Source: Thermoproteota archaeon (lineage in GTDB: Archaea; Korarchaeota; Korarchaeia; Korarchaeales; Korarchaeaceae). Taken from it: DNA of 64,000 nucleotides. The notes beneath the pieces were generated by a model that had not been told where the DNA came from, ran no database searches, and saw only the letters and a program-made list of their open reading frames with translations. The position numbers and the translations under genes are program-made. Below, in pieces: positions 17,345 through 26,040 of this stretch (the first letter of the stretch is position 1; each line of letters starts with the position of its first letter). The stretch lies in the NCBI GenBank assembly GCA_027491915.1, contig JAOZGC010000002.1:623331-687330 (forward strand), in the 5' to 3' direction.

Positions 17345-17770
17345 TCACGCCCCGCGCCTCCCCCTTCGGCGCCCGGAGACGGTCTCGTTGAGGAGCCTCA
17401 GGTCGAAGTACATCCTGGAAGTTTCGTCCACCAACCTGATCCTCAGCCGCTCGTCCCTGGAGAAGAGGAGGACCCCCCCGGAGAACACGTGGTACCTGAA
17501 CGGGAGGGGCGCCCCGTTTAGGACCCTGATATCCACCGGGACGCCCAGCCTCACAGACAGCTCGGCGGAGAGGTCCACCTCGATCCTCGGGGCATCTCTG
17601 GGGTCCTCGAGCCAGACGGCCACGTCCACGTCCCTGAAGAACCTCCTCTCGATGAACCCCCCGTGCAGGTAGGCGAACACCACGCCCCTCACCTCCGAGA
17701 GGGCCCGCCCGATCTCCCGGACGAGCCTCTCCCTCTCCCCCTCGCCGAGCTCGACGTACCTCACGTCCAC
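17345..17770 (-). CDS. MNT nucleotidyltransferase antitoxin (MntA-like)
   Basis: VVFAYLHGGFIERRFFRDVDVAVW, VDIRVLNGAPLPFRY. Confidence 0.88.
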   Translation of the reverse strand: MDVRYVELGEGERERLVREIGRALSEVRGVVFAYLHGGFIERRFFRDVDVAVWLEDPRDAPRIEVDLSAELSVRLGVPVDIRVLNGAPLPFRYHVFSGGVLLFSRDERLRIRLVDETSRMYFDLRLLNETVSGRRRGRRGA

Positions 17771-17779
17771 CTCCAGACC

Positions 17780-18220
17780 TCACCCCTCCCCGATGCCTCG
17801 GTCGACGATCTCCCTGAGCGCCGCCGCGAACTCCTCGAAGTCTCCCAGTCCCTCTCTGACGCTCTCGTAGACCCTGAGGTCGCTCACCGTCCAGTACCTG
17901 TGGACCAGCAGGTTCCGCAGTCTCGCGGCCGCGGCCAGCCTCAGGGCCAGGTCGCTGGATATTATCCCCAGCTCCCCCATCCTGGCGAAGCAGTTCGGGT
18001 ATCCCTCGGCCCTCTCCCCGACGGAGGCCAGCAGGTGGAGGCAGGCGCCCGAGGCGGCCTCGACCAGCTGGATGATCAGGTACCTCATGGCCAGGATCTC
18101 GTGCAGGCCGAGCGAGTCGAACGGCCTGGACGTCAGCTCCCTCAGGAGTCGGATGGAGTCGTCGATCTCCCTGATCCTCGCCTCGACGGCCTCAGCTTCA
18201 ACGCCCCGACGGAACCGCAC
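17780..18220 (-). CDS. HepT-like (DUF86) HEPN ribonuclease toxin
   Basis: Catalytic RX4HXY motif RNLLVHRY; start codon approximate. Confidence 0.88.
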   Translation of the reverse strand: MRFRRGVEAEAVEARIREIDDSIRLLRELTSRPFDSLGLHEILAMRYLIIQLVEAASGACLHLLASVGERAEGYPNCFARMGELGIISSDLALRLAAAARLRNLLVHRYWTVSDLRVYESVREGLGDFEEFAAALREIVDRGIGEG

Positions 18221-18465
18221 CCCAGCCGCACCCGTCCCAGCGGGGAGGGCTAGATCGCCTAAAAACATGGCTGGCGTGGGGGAGGTCCCCGGATCGGGCG
18301 GTGGGGACTCCCGGTCGCCGCCGCGAGACGCGGCCCTCGGCGGGGATTCCCTCATCCCCCACCCGCCCGCGGCCAGCGACCGAGTCCGCCGGGGGCGGCC
18401 GGGCTTCTCCCACGGGCCGCGTTAGGCGACGCGCGCGGAGCTGGACCTCCCTCCCGACCCGCCGC

Positions 18466-19341
18466 TCAGATCAGCCCCAGCCTGATCCCGGCCTCCTCGC
18501 ACGCCCGCCGGGCCGCCCGGGCCAGCCTCTCCTGGTACGACCCGGTGGGCGCCATCCTGCCGCGGAAGAGCGCCCTGTACCTCGGGAGCAGCTCCGGGAA
18601 CCTCGCCCTCAGAACCGAGTAGAAGGCCTCCCTCCCCTCCCCGTGCAGGGTCAGCGCCCCCACGAACACGTAGTCCGCCCCGGCCTCCCGGGCCGCCGCC
18701 ACCATCTCCGCCACGTCCCGCTCGGAGTCGGATATGAAGGGCAGGACCGGTATGTAGGCCACCCCCGCCCTCACCCCGGCCGCCGCCAGCTCCCCGACGG
18801 CCCCGAGCCTATCCTCCGGGGGAGGGGCACCGGGCTCGAAGATCCTGGCCACCTCCTCGTCCAGCGTCGAGATGGAGACCGTGACGGCGACCCCGGGGAG
18901 ACTCCCCTCCAGGTCCCTCGGGAGGACGGCCTTCTCCGCCACCTCGGCCAGGAGGTCGGCGTCCCTGACGACCAGGGGCGACTTGGTCAGCACGTGGACC
19001 GGGAACCTCCACCTGGTCAGTACCCCCAGGACCCTCCTGGTGAGCCTCAGCTCCCTCTCCGGCGGCATGTAGGGCTCCGTGGCTGTCCCCAGGGCCACGA
19101 ACCCGTACTGCCCCCTCCTGGCCCTGGAGGCCAGCTGCCTGTCCAGCAGCCCCGGGGCGTTCACCTTGGCCGCCACCCCCGGGGGCCTCCGGGCCCCGTA
19201 CCTGCTCCCCCTGACGTAGCAGTAGACGCAGCCCAGGGGGCAGCCGTAGTAGGGGTTCACCGAGTAGTCGTCCAGGAACCAGCCGTCCCTCCTCCTGTGC
19301 CTGTTCAGCACCGACCTGGCCTCGACCTCGGCGACCCTCAT
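18466..19341 (-). CDS. Radical SAM protein of the SPL-like/Rv2578c (COG1533) family
   Basis: YSVNPYYGCPLGCVYCY, GTATEPYMPPE, LTKSPLVVRDADLL, FEPGAPPPEDRL, PVLPFISD. Confidence 0.9.
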   Translation of the reverse strand: MRVAEVEARSVLNRHRRRDGWFLDDYSVNPYYGCPLGCVYCYVRGSRYGARRPPGVAAKVNAPGLLDRQLASRARRGQYGFVALGTATEPYMPPERELRLTRRVLGVLTRWRFPVHVLTKSPLVVRDADLLAEVAEKAVLPRDLEGSLPGVAVTVSISTLDEEVARIFEPGAPPPEDRLGAVGELAAAGVRAGVAYIPVLPFISDSERDVAEMVAAAREAGADYVFVGALTLHGEGREAFYSVLRARFPELLPRYRALFRGRMAPTGSYQERLARAARRACEEAGIRLGLI

Positions 19342-19952
19342 CCCCGGACCCCCAGCGCCAGCTCCACCTCGGCCCTCATCTCGGGCGGGAGCTTCCTGAT
19401 GCCCTTCCTCACGATCCTGGCGGCCTCGGGGCACCCCTCCGACAGCCACCTCAGGCAGACCTCCCTGACCAGCGCCGGGTCGGCCTTGGTCATCTCCCTC
19501 AGGATGTGCGAGACCGCGTCGGCCGCGTATCTGTCCCCCTCGCACCTCATCTCCTCTATCAGCGGGAGGACCGCCCCCGGGTCCACCCTGGCCAGCACCC
19601 GGGTCGACTCGGCGGCCGCCCTCCTGACCCTGGGATCCGGGTCCCGGACCCAGAGGGCAATCTCCCCCAGGTACTCCTCCCTCCTTGCCCTGGAGATCAC
19701 CGTCAGGGCCGTGGCGGCCGACTCCCTCACCCTCCAGTCCCCGTCGGCGGCGGCCTCCCTGAGCCTGGGCAGGGCGGCCCCCGGATCCTCGGCCCCGGCC
19801 CACCCGAGGATGAAGCATGCCAGGCTCCTCTCCCTCCAGTCCCCGGACAGCAGGTCCCCCACCATCTCCAGGGCGGCCGCCGGGTCGCGCCTGAACAGGT
19901 CCCGGGCCAGCCTCCGCTGGGCGGTCGAGGAGTCGGGTATCCGGATGCTCAA
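19338..19952 (-). CDS. HEAT-repeat protein (AlkD/DNA alkylation repair-like)
   Basis: Repeats DWRERSLA, DWRVRESAA, DPRVRRAAAES, DRYAADAVSHILREMTKADP; 4-bp overlaps on both sides. Confidence 0.8.
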   Translation of the reverse strand: MSIRIPDSSTAQRRLARDLFRRDPAAALEMVGDLLSGDWRERSLACFILGWAGAEDPGAALPRLREAAADGDWRVRESAATALTVISRARREEYLGEIALWVRDPDPRVRRAAAESTRVLARVDPGAVLPLIEEMRCEGDRYAADAVSHILREMTKADPALVREVCLRWLSEGCPEAARIVRKGIRKLPPEMRAEVELALGVRG

Positions 19953-20125
19953 GTCCCCTCCCTCGGTTCGAACGCCCCGGCGGGGCACAGCTCAACCGGC
20001 ATGTCCGCCGGGACCACGTGCCCGAAGCAGTCGCCCCTCTCCTCGTCTATGGGCCTGAAGTACCTGCAGTCCCTGCAGGTGTACCCGCTCCTACCCCCGC
20101 CCTCGCCTCCGGCCGGCCTTCCCAC
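19949..20125 (-). CDS. Small (about 58 aa) 4-Cys protein resembling HpdC/BssC Fe-S small subunits
   Basis: GTG after GGTGAGGA; YTCRDCRYFRPIDEERGDCFGHVVPADMPVELCPAGAFEP (Cx2Cx12Cx13C); AT-rich promoter region 20140-20175. Confidence 0.72.
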   Translation of the reverse strand: MGRPAGGEGGGRSGYTCRDCRYFRPIDEERGDCFGHVVPADMPVELCPAGAFEPREGT

Positions 20126-20334
20126 AGTCCTCACCTGTTTCCAACTTTCCTTACTTTTCTTACTTAATAAACTTGGCGGGCCTCCCGATCCCCCTGGTGG
20201 TGCGCCCCCCTCCCCCTCCCTCCCACCTCGGGCACGAACTCGGAGGACGTCGGGACCGCCCGCCCACCGGCCGCCCACCCGTGATCAGAAACGATATATC
20301 GGGTGCCCCCCTACAGGGCGTTCGAGGGGTCGCG

Positions 20335-21348
20335 GTGGCGGGCGACGTGGTTGAGGTGAGGGATCTGAGGAAGAGGTACACCACCTACCTCCGCCGCGGG
20401 ATGTTCGGCAGGGAGAAGAAGGTCGTGGAGGCCCTGAGGGGGATCAGCTTCTCCATCCGGGGAGGGGAGGTCTTCGGCCTCCTGGGTCCCAACGGGGCCG
20501 GAAAGACCACAACCGTGAAGATACTGTCGACCCTCCTGCTCCCGGACGGGGGAGAGGCTTATGTCTGCGGTCACGACGTCGTGAGGGAGCCCACGGCCGT
20601 CAGGAAGGTCATAGGGGTATCCCTGAGCGTGGAGAGGGGTTTCTTCTGGAAGCTGACCGGGAGGGAGAACCTGACCTACTTTGGGATGCTCTACGGGCTG
20701 GACGGGCGGGATCTGAGGGAGAAGGTCGACGGGCTGCTGGACCTGATGGGCCTCTCCGACCTCGAGGCGGCGGACAAGCTCTACGAGGAGTACTCCCTCG
20801 GCATGAAGGCCAGGCTCAGCGTCGCCAGGGCTCTGCTCACGGACCCGGAGGTCGTCATACTGGACGAGCCCACCCTGGGTCTGGACCCCCCCTCCGCCAG
20901 GGCCCTGAGGGAGATCCTGGTGGGGCTGGCCCACCGGGAGGGGAAGACCGTGCTGGTGACGACCCACAACATGTTCGAGGCGGAGATCATGGTGGACAGG
21001 GTGGCCATAATCAACGGCGGGGAGATCGTCGCCCTGGGGACCGTGGACGAGCTGAAGGCGAGGGTGGCCGGCAGGATCTCCCTGGAGTTCCTCTTCTTCC
21101 CTCCGGCCTCCGTCAGGGTCGATGAGGTGGTCTCGGCGGTCCGCTCCTCGGCGGAGGCCGCCGAGGTGTTCCCGGAGGACGGCGGGGTGAGGCTGAAGGT
21201 ACTGGCCAGCCCCGAGGAGAGGGACGAGGTGACCTCCGCGATCCTCGGGGAGCTCCACGGCCGCGGCTGCAGCGTCAGGAGGGTGGAGATCAGGGAGCCG
21301 TCGCTGGAGGACGTCTTCATCTCCCTGACCGGGAAGACCGGGCTCTGA
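20335..21348 (+). CDS. ABC-2 type exporter ATP-binding subunit
   Basis: GPNGAGKTT, YSLGMKARL, ILDEPTLGLD, TTHNM, EPSLEDVF. Confidence 0.93.
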   Translation: MAGDVVEVRDLRKRYTTYLRRGMFGREKKVVEALRGISFSIRGGEVFGLLGPNGAGKTTTVKILSTLLLPDGGEAYVCGHDVVREPTAVRKVIGVSLSVERGFFWKLTGRENLTYFGMLYGLDGRDLREKVDGLLDLMGLSDLEAADKLYEEYSLGMKARLSVARALLTDPEVVILDEPTLGLDPPSARALREILVGLAHREGKTVLVTTHNMFEAEIMVDRVAIINGGEIVALGTVDELKARVAGRISLEFLFFPPASVRVDEVVSAVRSSAEAAEVFPEDGGVRLKVLASPEERDEVTSAILGELHGRGCSVRRVEIREPSLEDVFISLTGKTGL

Positions 21349-21362
21349 GGGGGGCGGCGGGG

Positions 21363-22175
21363 TTGTCGGCCTGGAGCCTGCTGAAGTCCGGGGTCCTGCT
21401 GGATCTCTACTTCTTCAAGAACAACAGGGCGGCCTTCCTCTCCATGCTGCTGTGGCCCTACCTGATACTGGGCCTGATCCTGGGGATGGGCCACGTCGTG
21501 GGGAGCCCCCAGGCCTTCAGGCGGAACGTGGGGGCGGAGGTGGACCCCCTGACCTTCTTCGTGTCCTCCACCCTGGTGGCCATGGCGGCGGTGGACGTGA
21601 TGTGGGGGGTGGGCGGGAGCGTCCTGGAGCACAGGTGGGTGGGCACCCTGCCCTACGTGCTCATCTCCCCCAACAGGACGTCCCTCACCCTGGTGCTCTC
21701 CTACGTGCCCAGGTACCTCCTGTCGACGGCCATCCAGCTGGCAGAGTTCTCCCCACTCCTGGTCCTTTCCTCCGGACCCTGGGAGGCGGCCGGGGACCTG
21801 GCGGTGATGGCCCTGGCCATGACGGCCGGGATGCTGCCCCTGCTGGGGTTCTCCGCGGTCTTCGCCGCCCTCCTCATATCCATAGAGGAGGAGTCCAACG
21901 TCCTGGGCTGGCTGAACCCCCTGATCCTGCTGTTCTCCGGGGCCTTCTACCCGGCCCACATGCTCCCCCGGTGGGCCAGGCTGGTGTCCGAGGTCCTCCC
22001 CACCACCTACACCGTGGAGCTGGCCAGGCTCTCGGCCGCCCTGGGATCCCCCGGGGCCTCTGAGGTGGTCACCCTCATGGGGATCCTGCTGGGCATGTCG
22101 GCCCTGTACAACGCGGCCTCGCTGGCCGCCGTGGGGGCCGGCGAGAGGAGGGCCATGAGGCGGGGGGCGATATGA
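21363..22175 (+). CDS. ABC-2 type permease
   Basis: About six TM helices, GTLPYVLISP, LFSGAFYP...LPTTY. Confidence 0.88.
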   Translation: MSAWSLLKSGVLLDLYFFKNNRAAFLSMLLWPYLILGLILGMGHVVGSPQAFRRNVGAEVDPLTFFVSSTLVAMAAVDVMWGVGGSVLEHRWVGTLPYVLISPNRTSLTLVLSYVPRYLLSTAIQLAEFSPLLVLSSGPWEAAGDLAVMALAMTAGMLPLLGFSAVFAALLISIEEESNVLGWLNPLILLFSGAFYPAHMLPRWARLVSEVLPTTYTVELARLSAALGSPGASEVVTLMGILLGMSALYNAASLAAVGAGERRAMRRGAI

Positions 22176-22970
22176 TTGGACCGGCTGGTCAGGCTGAGGG
22201 CCATCCTCTGGCTCCACTCCACCAGGCTCTGGAGGTACAGGTGGTCCTTCCTAAACATGATACTCTCGGAGACCGCCTGGATCTTCCTGCTGGTGCTGGG
22301 GGTCCTGCTGTTCGTCCCCAGGGGGGAGGTGGAGGCCGCGGTGAGGGCGGCCTTCTGGGTGATCGTGAGCTGGACCCTGGTCTCCCAGTTCTCCTCCCTG
22401 GTGGGCGGCTGGACGACCTTCTTCATCTCCATGGGGATGGTCGAGGAGCACATCCTCCGGGGGGTCTCCCCCTTCAGGGCCATACTGGGCAGGGTGATCA
22501 CGGGGCTCTCGGTGGCCGCGGCCTCCCTCCTGTTCATGGGGGCCGTCCTGGGGGAGACCTTCGGGGTGGACCTCTTCGCCCTGAGGGATCCCGCGGCGCT
22601 GGCCGTGGGGCTGGCTGCCGTGGGGGTCGAGGGGCTCTCCTACGGCCTGATGGTGTCGTCCATATCCTTCAGGACCAGCGTCCCCCAGAACCTCCTGGAG
22701 ATCCTGAACTTCTCCGTCATAGGGCTTATGATGGTCCCGGTGGACTCCCTGGACGGCTGGGCCCGGGCCGCGCTGCTGGCCGTCCCCTACGTGGCGCCGA
22801 CCCACCTGCTCAAGGTGGGCGCGGGGGCCGCCGCCGGGGCCCTGGCGGCCCCGGCGCTCGCCTCCTCCCTTATCGAGGCGGCCGCCATGGCCGCCGCCGC
22901 GCTCCTGGCGACCGGGTGGGCCGAGGAGTGGGTCAGGAGGAACGGCGTGAGGGCCGTGGGGTTCTGGTGA
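22176..22970 (+). CDS. ABC-2 type permease (second)
   Basis: Multi-TM protein directly coupled to the preceding permease. Confidence 0.82.
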   Translation: MDRLVRLRAILWLHSTRLWRYRWSFLNMILSETAWIFLLVLGVLLFVPRGEVEAAVRAAFWVIVSWTLVSQFSSLVGGWTTFFISMGMVEEHILRGVSPFRAILGRVITGLSVAAASLLFMGAVLGETFGVDLFALRDPAALAVGLAAVGVEGLSYGLMVSSISFRTSVPQNLLEILNFSVIGLMMVPVDSLDGWARAALLAVPYVAPTHLLKVGAGAAAGALAAPALASSLIEAAAMAAAALLATGWAEEWVRRNGVRAVGFW

Positions 22971-23003
22971 GCCCTTTTTAAGGGTCCGCCGGGATCCGGG
23001 CCC

Positions 23004-23384
23004 GTGAGGGAGGAGTTCGGATGGTGGCTCTCGGCCGCCAGGAAGTCCCTGGAGAGGGCCGAGAGGGCCTTCGAGTTCGGGGACTACGAGGCCGCCGCCT
23101 TCTGGTCCCAGCAGGCGGTGGAGTTCTCCCTGAAGGCGGCCCACGTCCTGGCCGGGAGGCTCCCACCCAGGACCCACCACCTGCCCACCCTCCTGCGCGG
23201 GGTCGAGGGGCTGGTCGAGGTCCGGGAGAGGCACCTCCTGTCCGAGCTGACCCCCTACTACTCCATATCCAGGTACCCGGACGCCTTCGGGGGGACCCCC
23301 GTGGTGGCCGAGGAGACGGCCTCCAGGTTCCTGAGGTTCGCCAGGGGTGTAGTGAGTGAGGTCGAGGGGCTCGGTCGGGACTGA
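23004..23384 (+). CDS. HEPN domain protein
   Basis: AAFWSQQAVEFSLKA, PRTHHL, YYSISRYPD; TATA-like TTTTTAA at about 22975. Confidence 0.9.
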   Translation: MREEFGWWLSAARKSLERAERAFEFGDYEAAAFWSQQAVEFSLKAAHVLAGRLPPRTHHLPTLLRGVEGLVEVRERHLLSELTPYYSISRYPDAFGGTPVVAEETASRFLRFARGVVSEVEGLGRD

Positions 23385-23703
23385 CGCCCCGGCGGAGGTT
23401 AGGGAGTTCCTGAGGAGGCTGTCCCGCCGGGTGAGGGTGGAGGCGGCCTACCTCTTCGGATCCAGGGCCAGGGGGGAGGCCCTGGACGTCAGCGACGTGG
23501 ACCTGATCGTCGTCTCCCCCGACTTCGACGGGATGCCGGTCGACGAGAGGCTGAGGCTGGTCTACGGGATCTGGCCCGAGGAGGTGCCGGCCGACCTGAT
23601 CCCGCTGGGGTCCTCGGAGTTCGAGAGGCTCAGGGGGAGGAGCGTCCTGCTCAGGGACGCGGCCCGCTACTGGATCAGGCTGACCCCCGACCGACATCCC
23701 TGA
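23356..23703 (+). CDS. MNT nucleotidyltransferase
   Basis: YLFGSRARGEALDVSDVDLIVVSPDF. Confidence 0.9.
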   Translation: MRSRGSVGTDAPAEVREFLRRLSRRVRVEAAYLFGSRARGEALDVSDVDLIVVSPDFDGMPVDERLRLVYGIWPEEVPADLIPLGSSEFERLRGRSVLLRDAARYWIRLTPDRHP

Positions 23704-25036
23704 GGGCCGCCAGGGCGGCCGCCGCCCTCTCCGGGGTAGGGAACACCGGGATCCCGGCCCCCCTGAACTTGCCCAGCTCCGCCGCCTGGACCTCCCCCCC
23801 TCCCAGGTAGGCCGCCACCAGGGGCCTGCCGCCCAGCCCCTCCCTCCACCTGGAGACCACCTCGAAGGCCCCGGGTATGGGGTCCCCGAATATGGCCAGT
23901 ATCCCGTCCACCCCCGGGTCTCGGGACAGGGCGGCCAGGGCCGCGTCGTAGTCGGCGGCGGTCGCGCTCCCCGTAAGGTCCAGGGGGTTCCCCACCACCG
24001 CGTATCCGGGGAGGGACTCCCTCAGGGCCGCCAGCGTCTCCCCCGACAGCTCGGCCGCCCTGAGCCCCCGGGACTCCAGGGCGTCCACCGCCAGGATCCC
24101 CCCGCCGCCGGAGCTGGTGACCACGGCCACCGAGTCCCCCCTCATCGGCGGGTGGGCGGCCAGGGCCTCGGCCGCGTCCAGCATCTCCTCCAGGGACGAG
24201 GCCGGGATGGCCCCGGCCTGCCTGAAGGCGGCCTCGTACACCTCGGCGGCACCGGCCACGGACCCGGTGTGGGAGGCCACCGCCCTGGACCCCGCCTCGG
24301 TCCTCCCGGCCTTCAGGGCCACCACCGCCTTCCCCGCCTCGACGCACCTCCTCACGGCCTCCATGAGGTCCCTGCCCCTCCCGCCGGCCACGCCCTCCAC
24401 GTAGAGGGCCACAACCTCGGTCTCCGGGTCCCCCGCCAGGAACTCCAGCACGTCCACCTCGTCCACGTCAGCCTTGTTCCCCAGGGCCGCGAGCTTGCTC
24501 ATCCCCACGCCGTGCTCCTCCAGGGAGGTGGCCAGGAAGGCGGCCACGGTCCCGCTCTGGGACACCACCGCCACCCTCCCCCTCCTGGTCACCAGGGGCC
24601 AGGTGGCGCACAGGCCGGCGTGGGGGTTGGCCACCCCCTGGCAGTTCGGCCCCACCAGCCTGCCCCCGGCCCCCCTGACCGCCTCCACCAGCCTCCTCTC
24701 CAGCTCCGCCCCCTCGGGCCCCGACTCCCTGAACCCCCCGGACACGACCACGAACCCCCTGGCCCCCCTGGCCGCCGCCTCCTCGACGGCCCCCGGGACC
24801 AGCCTGGCCGGTATCACCATGACGGCCAGGTCCACCGGGCCGGGCACCTCGGAGACGGACCTGTAGCACCTGACCCCCAGTATCTCGTCGGCCTTCGGGT
24901 TGACCGGGTAGACCTCCCCCCCGAACCCGGCCTCCAGCAGGTTCCTCAGGATCTCGTGTCCCAGCTTCCCCGGCCTGGTGGAGGCCCCCACCACCGCCAC
25001 CGACCTGGGCCTGAACACGGCATCGAGCCCGCCCAT
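23675..25036 (-). CDS. acdA: ADP-forming acyl-CoA synthetase alpha subunit
   Basis: PRSVAVVGAS, VGPNCQG, VSQSG, LGNKADVDE, phospho-His ASHTGS, GNPLDLTG. Confidence 0.92.
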   Translation of the reverse strand: MGGLDAVFRPRSVAVVGASTRPGKLGHEILRNLLEAGFGGEVYPVNPKADEILGVRCYRSVSEVPGPVDLAVMVIPARLVPGAVEEAAARGARGFVVVSGGFRESGPEGAELERRLVEAVRGAGGRLVGPNCQGVANPHAGLCATWPLVTRRGRVAVVSQSGTVAAFLATSLEEHGVGMSKLAALGNKADVDEVDVLEFLAGDPETEVVALYVEGVAGGRGRDLMEAVRRCVEAGKAVVALKAGRTEAGSRAVASHTGSVAGAAEVYEAAFRQAGAIPASSLEEMLDAAEALAAHPPMRGDSVAVVTSSGGGGILAVDALESRGLRAAELSGETLAALRESLPGYAVVGNPLDLTGSATAADYDAALAALSRDPGVDGILAIFGDPIPGAFEVVSRWREGLGGRPLVAAYLGGGEVQAAELGKFRGAGIPVFPTPERAAAALAALRDVGRGSA

Positions 25037-25102
25037 CGCCGATCCGCCCGGCCCGGTCCGGCCGGGGGAGAGGTTAAATCCTTTTCACCGGCCCCCCGCC
25101 CG

Positions 25103-25390
25103 ATGCCCGGTCCGGCTGGGCTCAGGTCCCCCGAGGGGAGGCTGAGGCTCCTCCTGGAGCTGAGGAAGAGGGGCTTCCGGGTCAGGATGCACGCCTACGA
25201 GTACCTGGTGGCCGACGAGTCGGGCTTCGCGGCCATAATCCTCCTGGAGCCCTGGGCCGGGAGGGCCGAGCTGCTGGAGCTTAAGGAGGGGGCGGCCGAC
25301 GAGGTGGCCGGGGCGGTGACCTCGGTGGACCCCTCTATCCGGGTGGTCGTGGACCGACGGATTTTTGAGCAAGATCTCAGACCCGGTTGA
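25103..25390 (+). CDS. Hypothetical protein
   Basis: ATG about 25 nt after GTTAAA; host-like codon usage; directly precedes the globin gene. Confidence 0.7.
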   Translation: MPGPAGLRSPEGRLRLLLELRKRGFRVRMHAYEYLVADESGFAAIILLEPWAGRAELLELKEGAADEVAGAVTSVDPSIRVVVDRRIFEQDLRPG

Positions 25391-25391
25391 G

Positions 25392-26012
25392 ATGCCTCCG
25401 CCGTCCTCGGGATCTGGCATAAGGAAGGTAGTGGAGGAAAGAGTTGTCTCCCTGGGGGAGAGGGCCAGGAGCTTCCTGGACGTCGGGGAGCCCGACATGA
25501 GGAGGCTCAGGGAGACCTGGGAGATCCTCCTCCCGGGGATAGACGACGTGATAGGGAGGGCCGCCTCCTCGCTCCTGGCCGACCCGGAGGCCCGGGAGAT
25601 AGTCACCAGGGCCTCCCTCTCCCCGGAGAGGGCGGCCGCGCTCTTCAAGGTCTGGCTCAACTACTCCTTCAACGGCAACTTCGACAGGCAGCACGCCATG
25701 AGGATGTTCATGATAGGGCTGGCCCACGCCAGGGTCGGGGTCCCCGAGAGGGTCGTGATAATGACGGTGGGCGCCTTCCTCCGGGAGCTGTCCGTCGAGC
25801 TGGCCGCCAGGCTGGGGCCCGAGGAGTACCCGGGGGCGGCCGTCTCGGTGTCCAAGGCCCTCCTCTGGGGGCTGGCCCTCATGCTGGAGAGCTACGAGGA
25901 GGTCAGGGTCGAGGGTTTCACCGACGTGACCGGGATGCGCAGGGAGCTGTACGAGAGGACCGCCTCCATACACGCAAAGCGGCTGTACGACGAGCTGTCG
26001 GGCTCATTCTGA
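25392..26012 (+). CDS. Protoglobin/globin-coupled-sensor-type stand-alone globin
   Basis: KVWLNYSFNG...MFMIGLAHARVGV (proximal His), C-terminal TGMRRELYER extension; alternative TTG start at 25365. Confidence 0.82.
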   Translation: MPPPSSGSGIRKVVEERVVSLGERARSFLDVGEPDMRRLRETWEILLPGIDDVIGRAASSLLADPEAREIVTRASLSPERAAALFKVWLNYSFNGNFDRQHAMRMFMIGLAHARVGVPERVVIMTVGAFLRELSVELAARLGPEEYPGAAVSVSKALLWGLALMLESYEEVRVEGFTDVTGMRRELYERTASIHAKRLYDELSGSF

Positions 26013-26040
26013 GTCAGGTTTCAGGTCCATCTGGGGGCCG

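Noticed and set aside
18290-18375. Possible structured RNA (GGGCGGTGGGGA...TCCCCCACCCGCCC arms)
   Set aside because: Imperfect pairing of G and C tracts is expected by chance at this GC; no recognisable family or promoter
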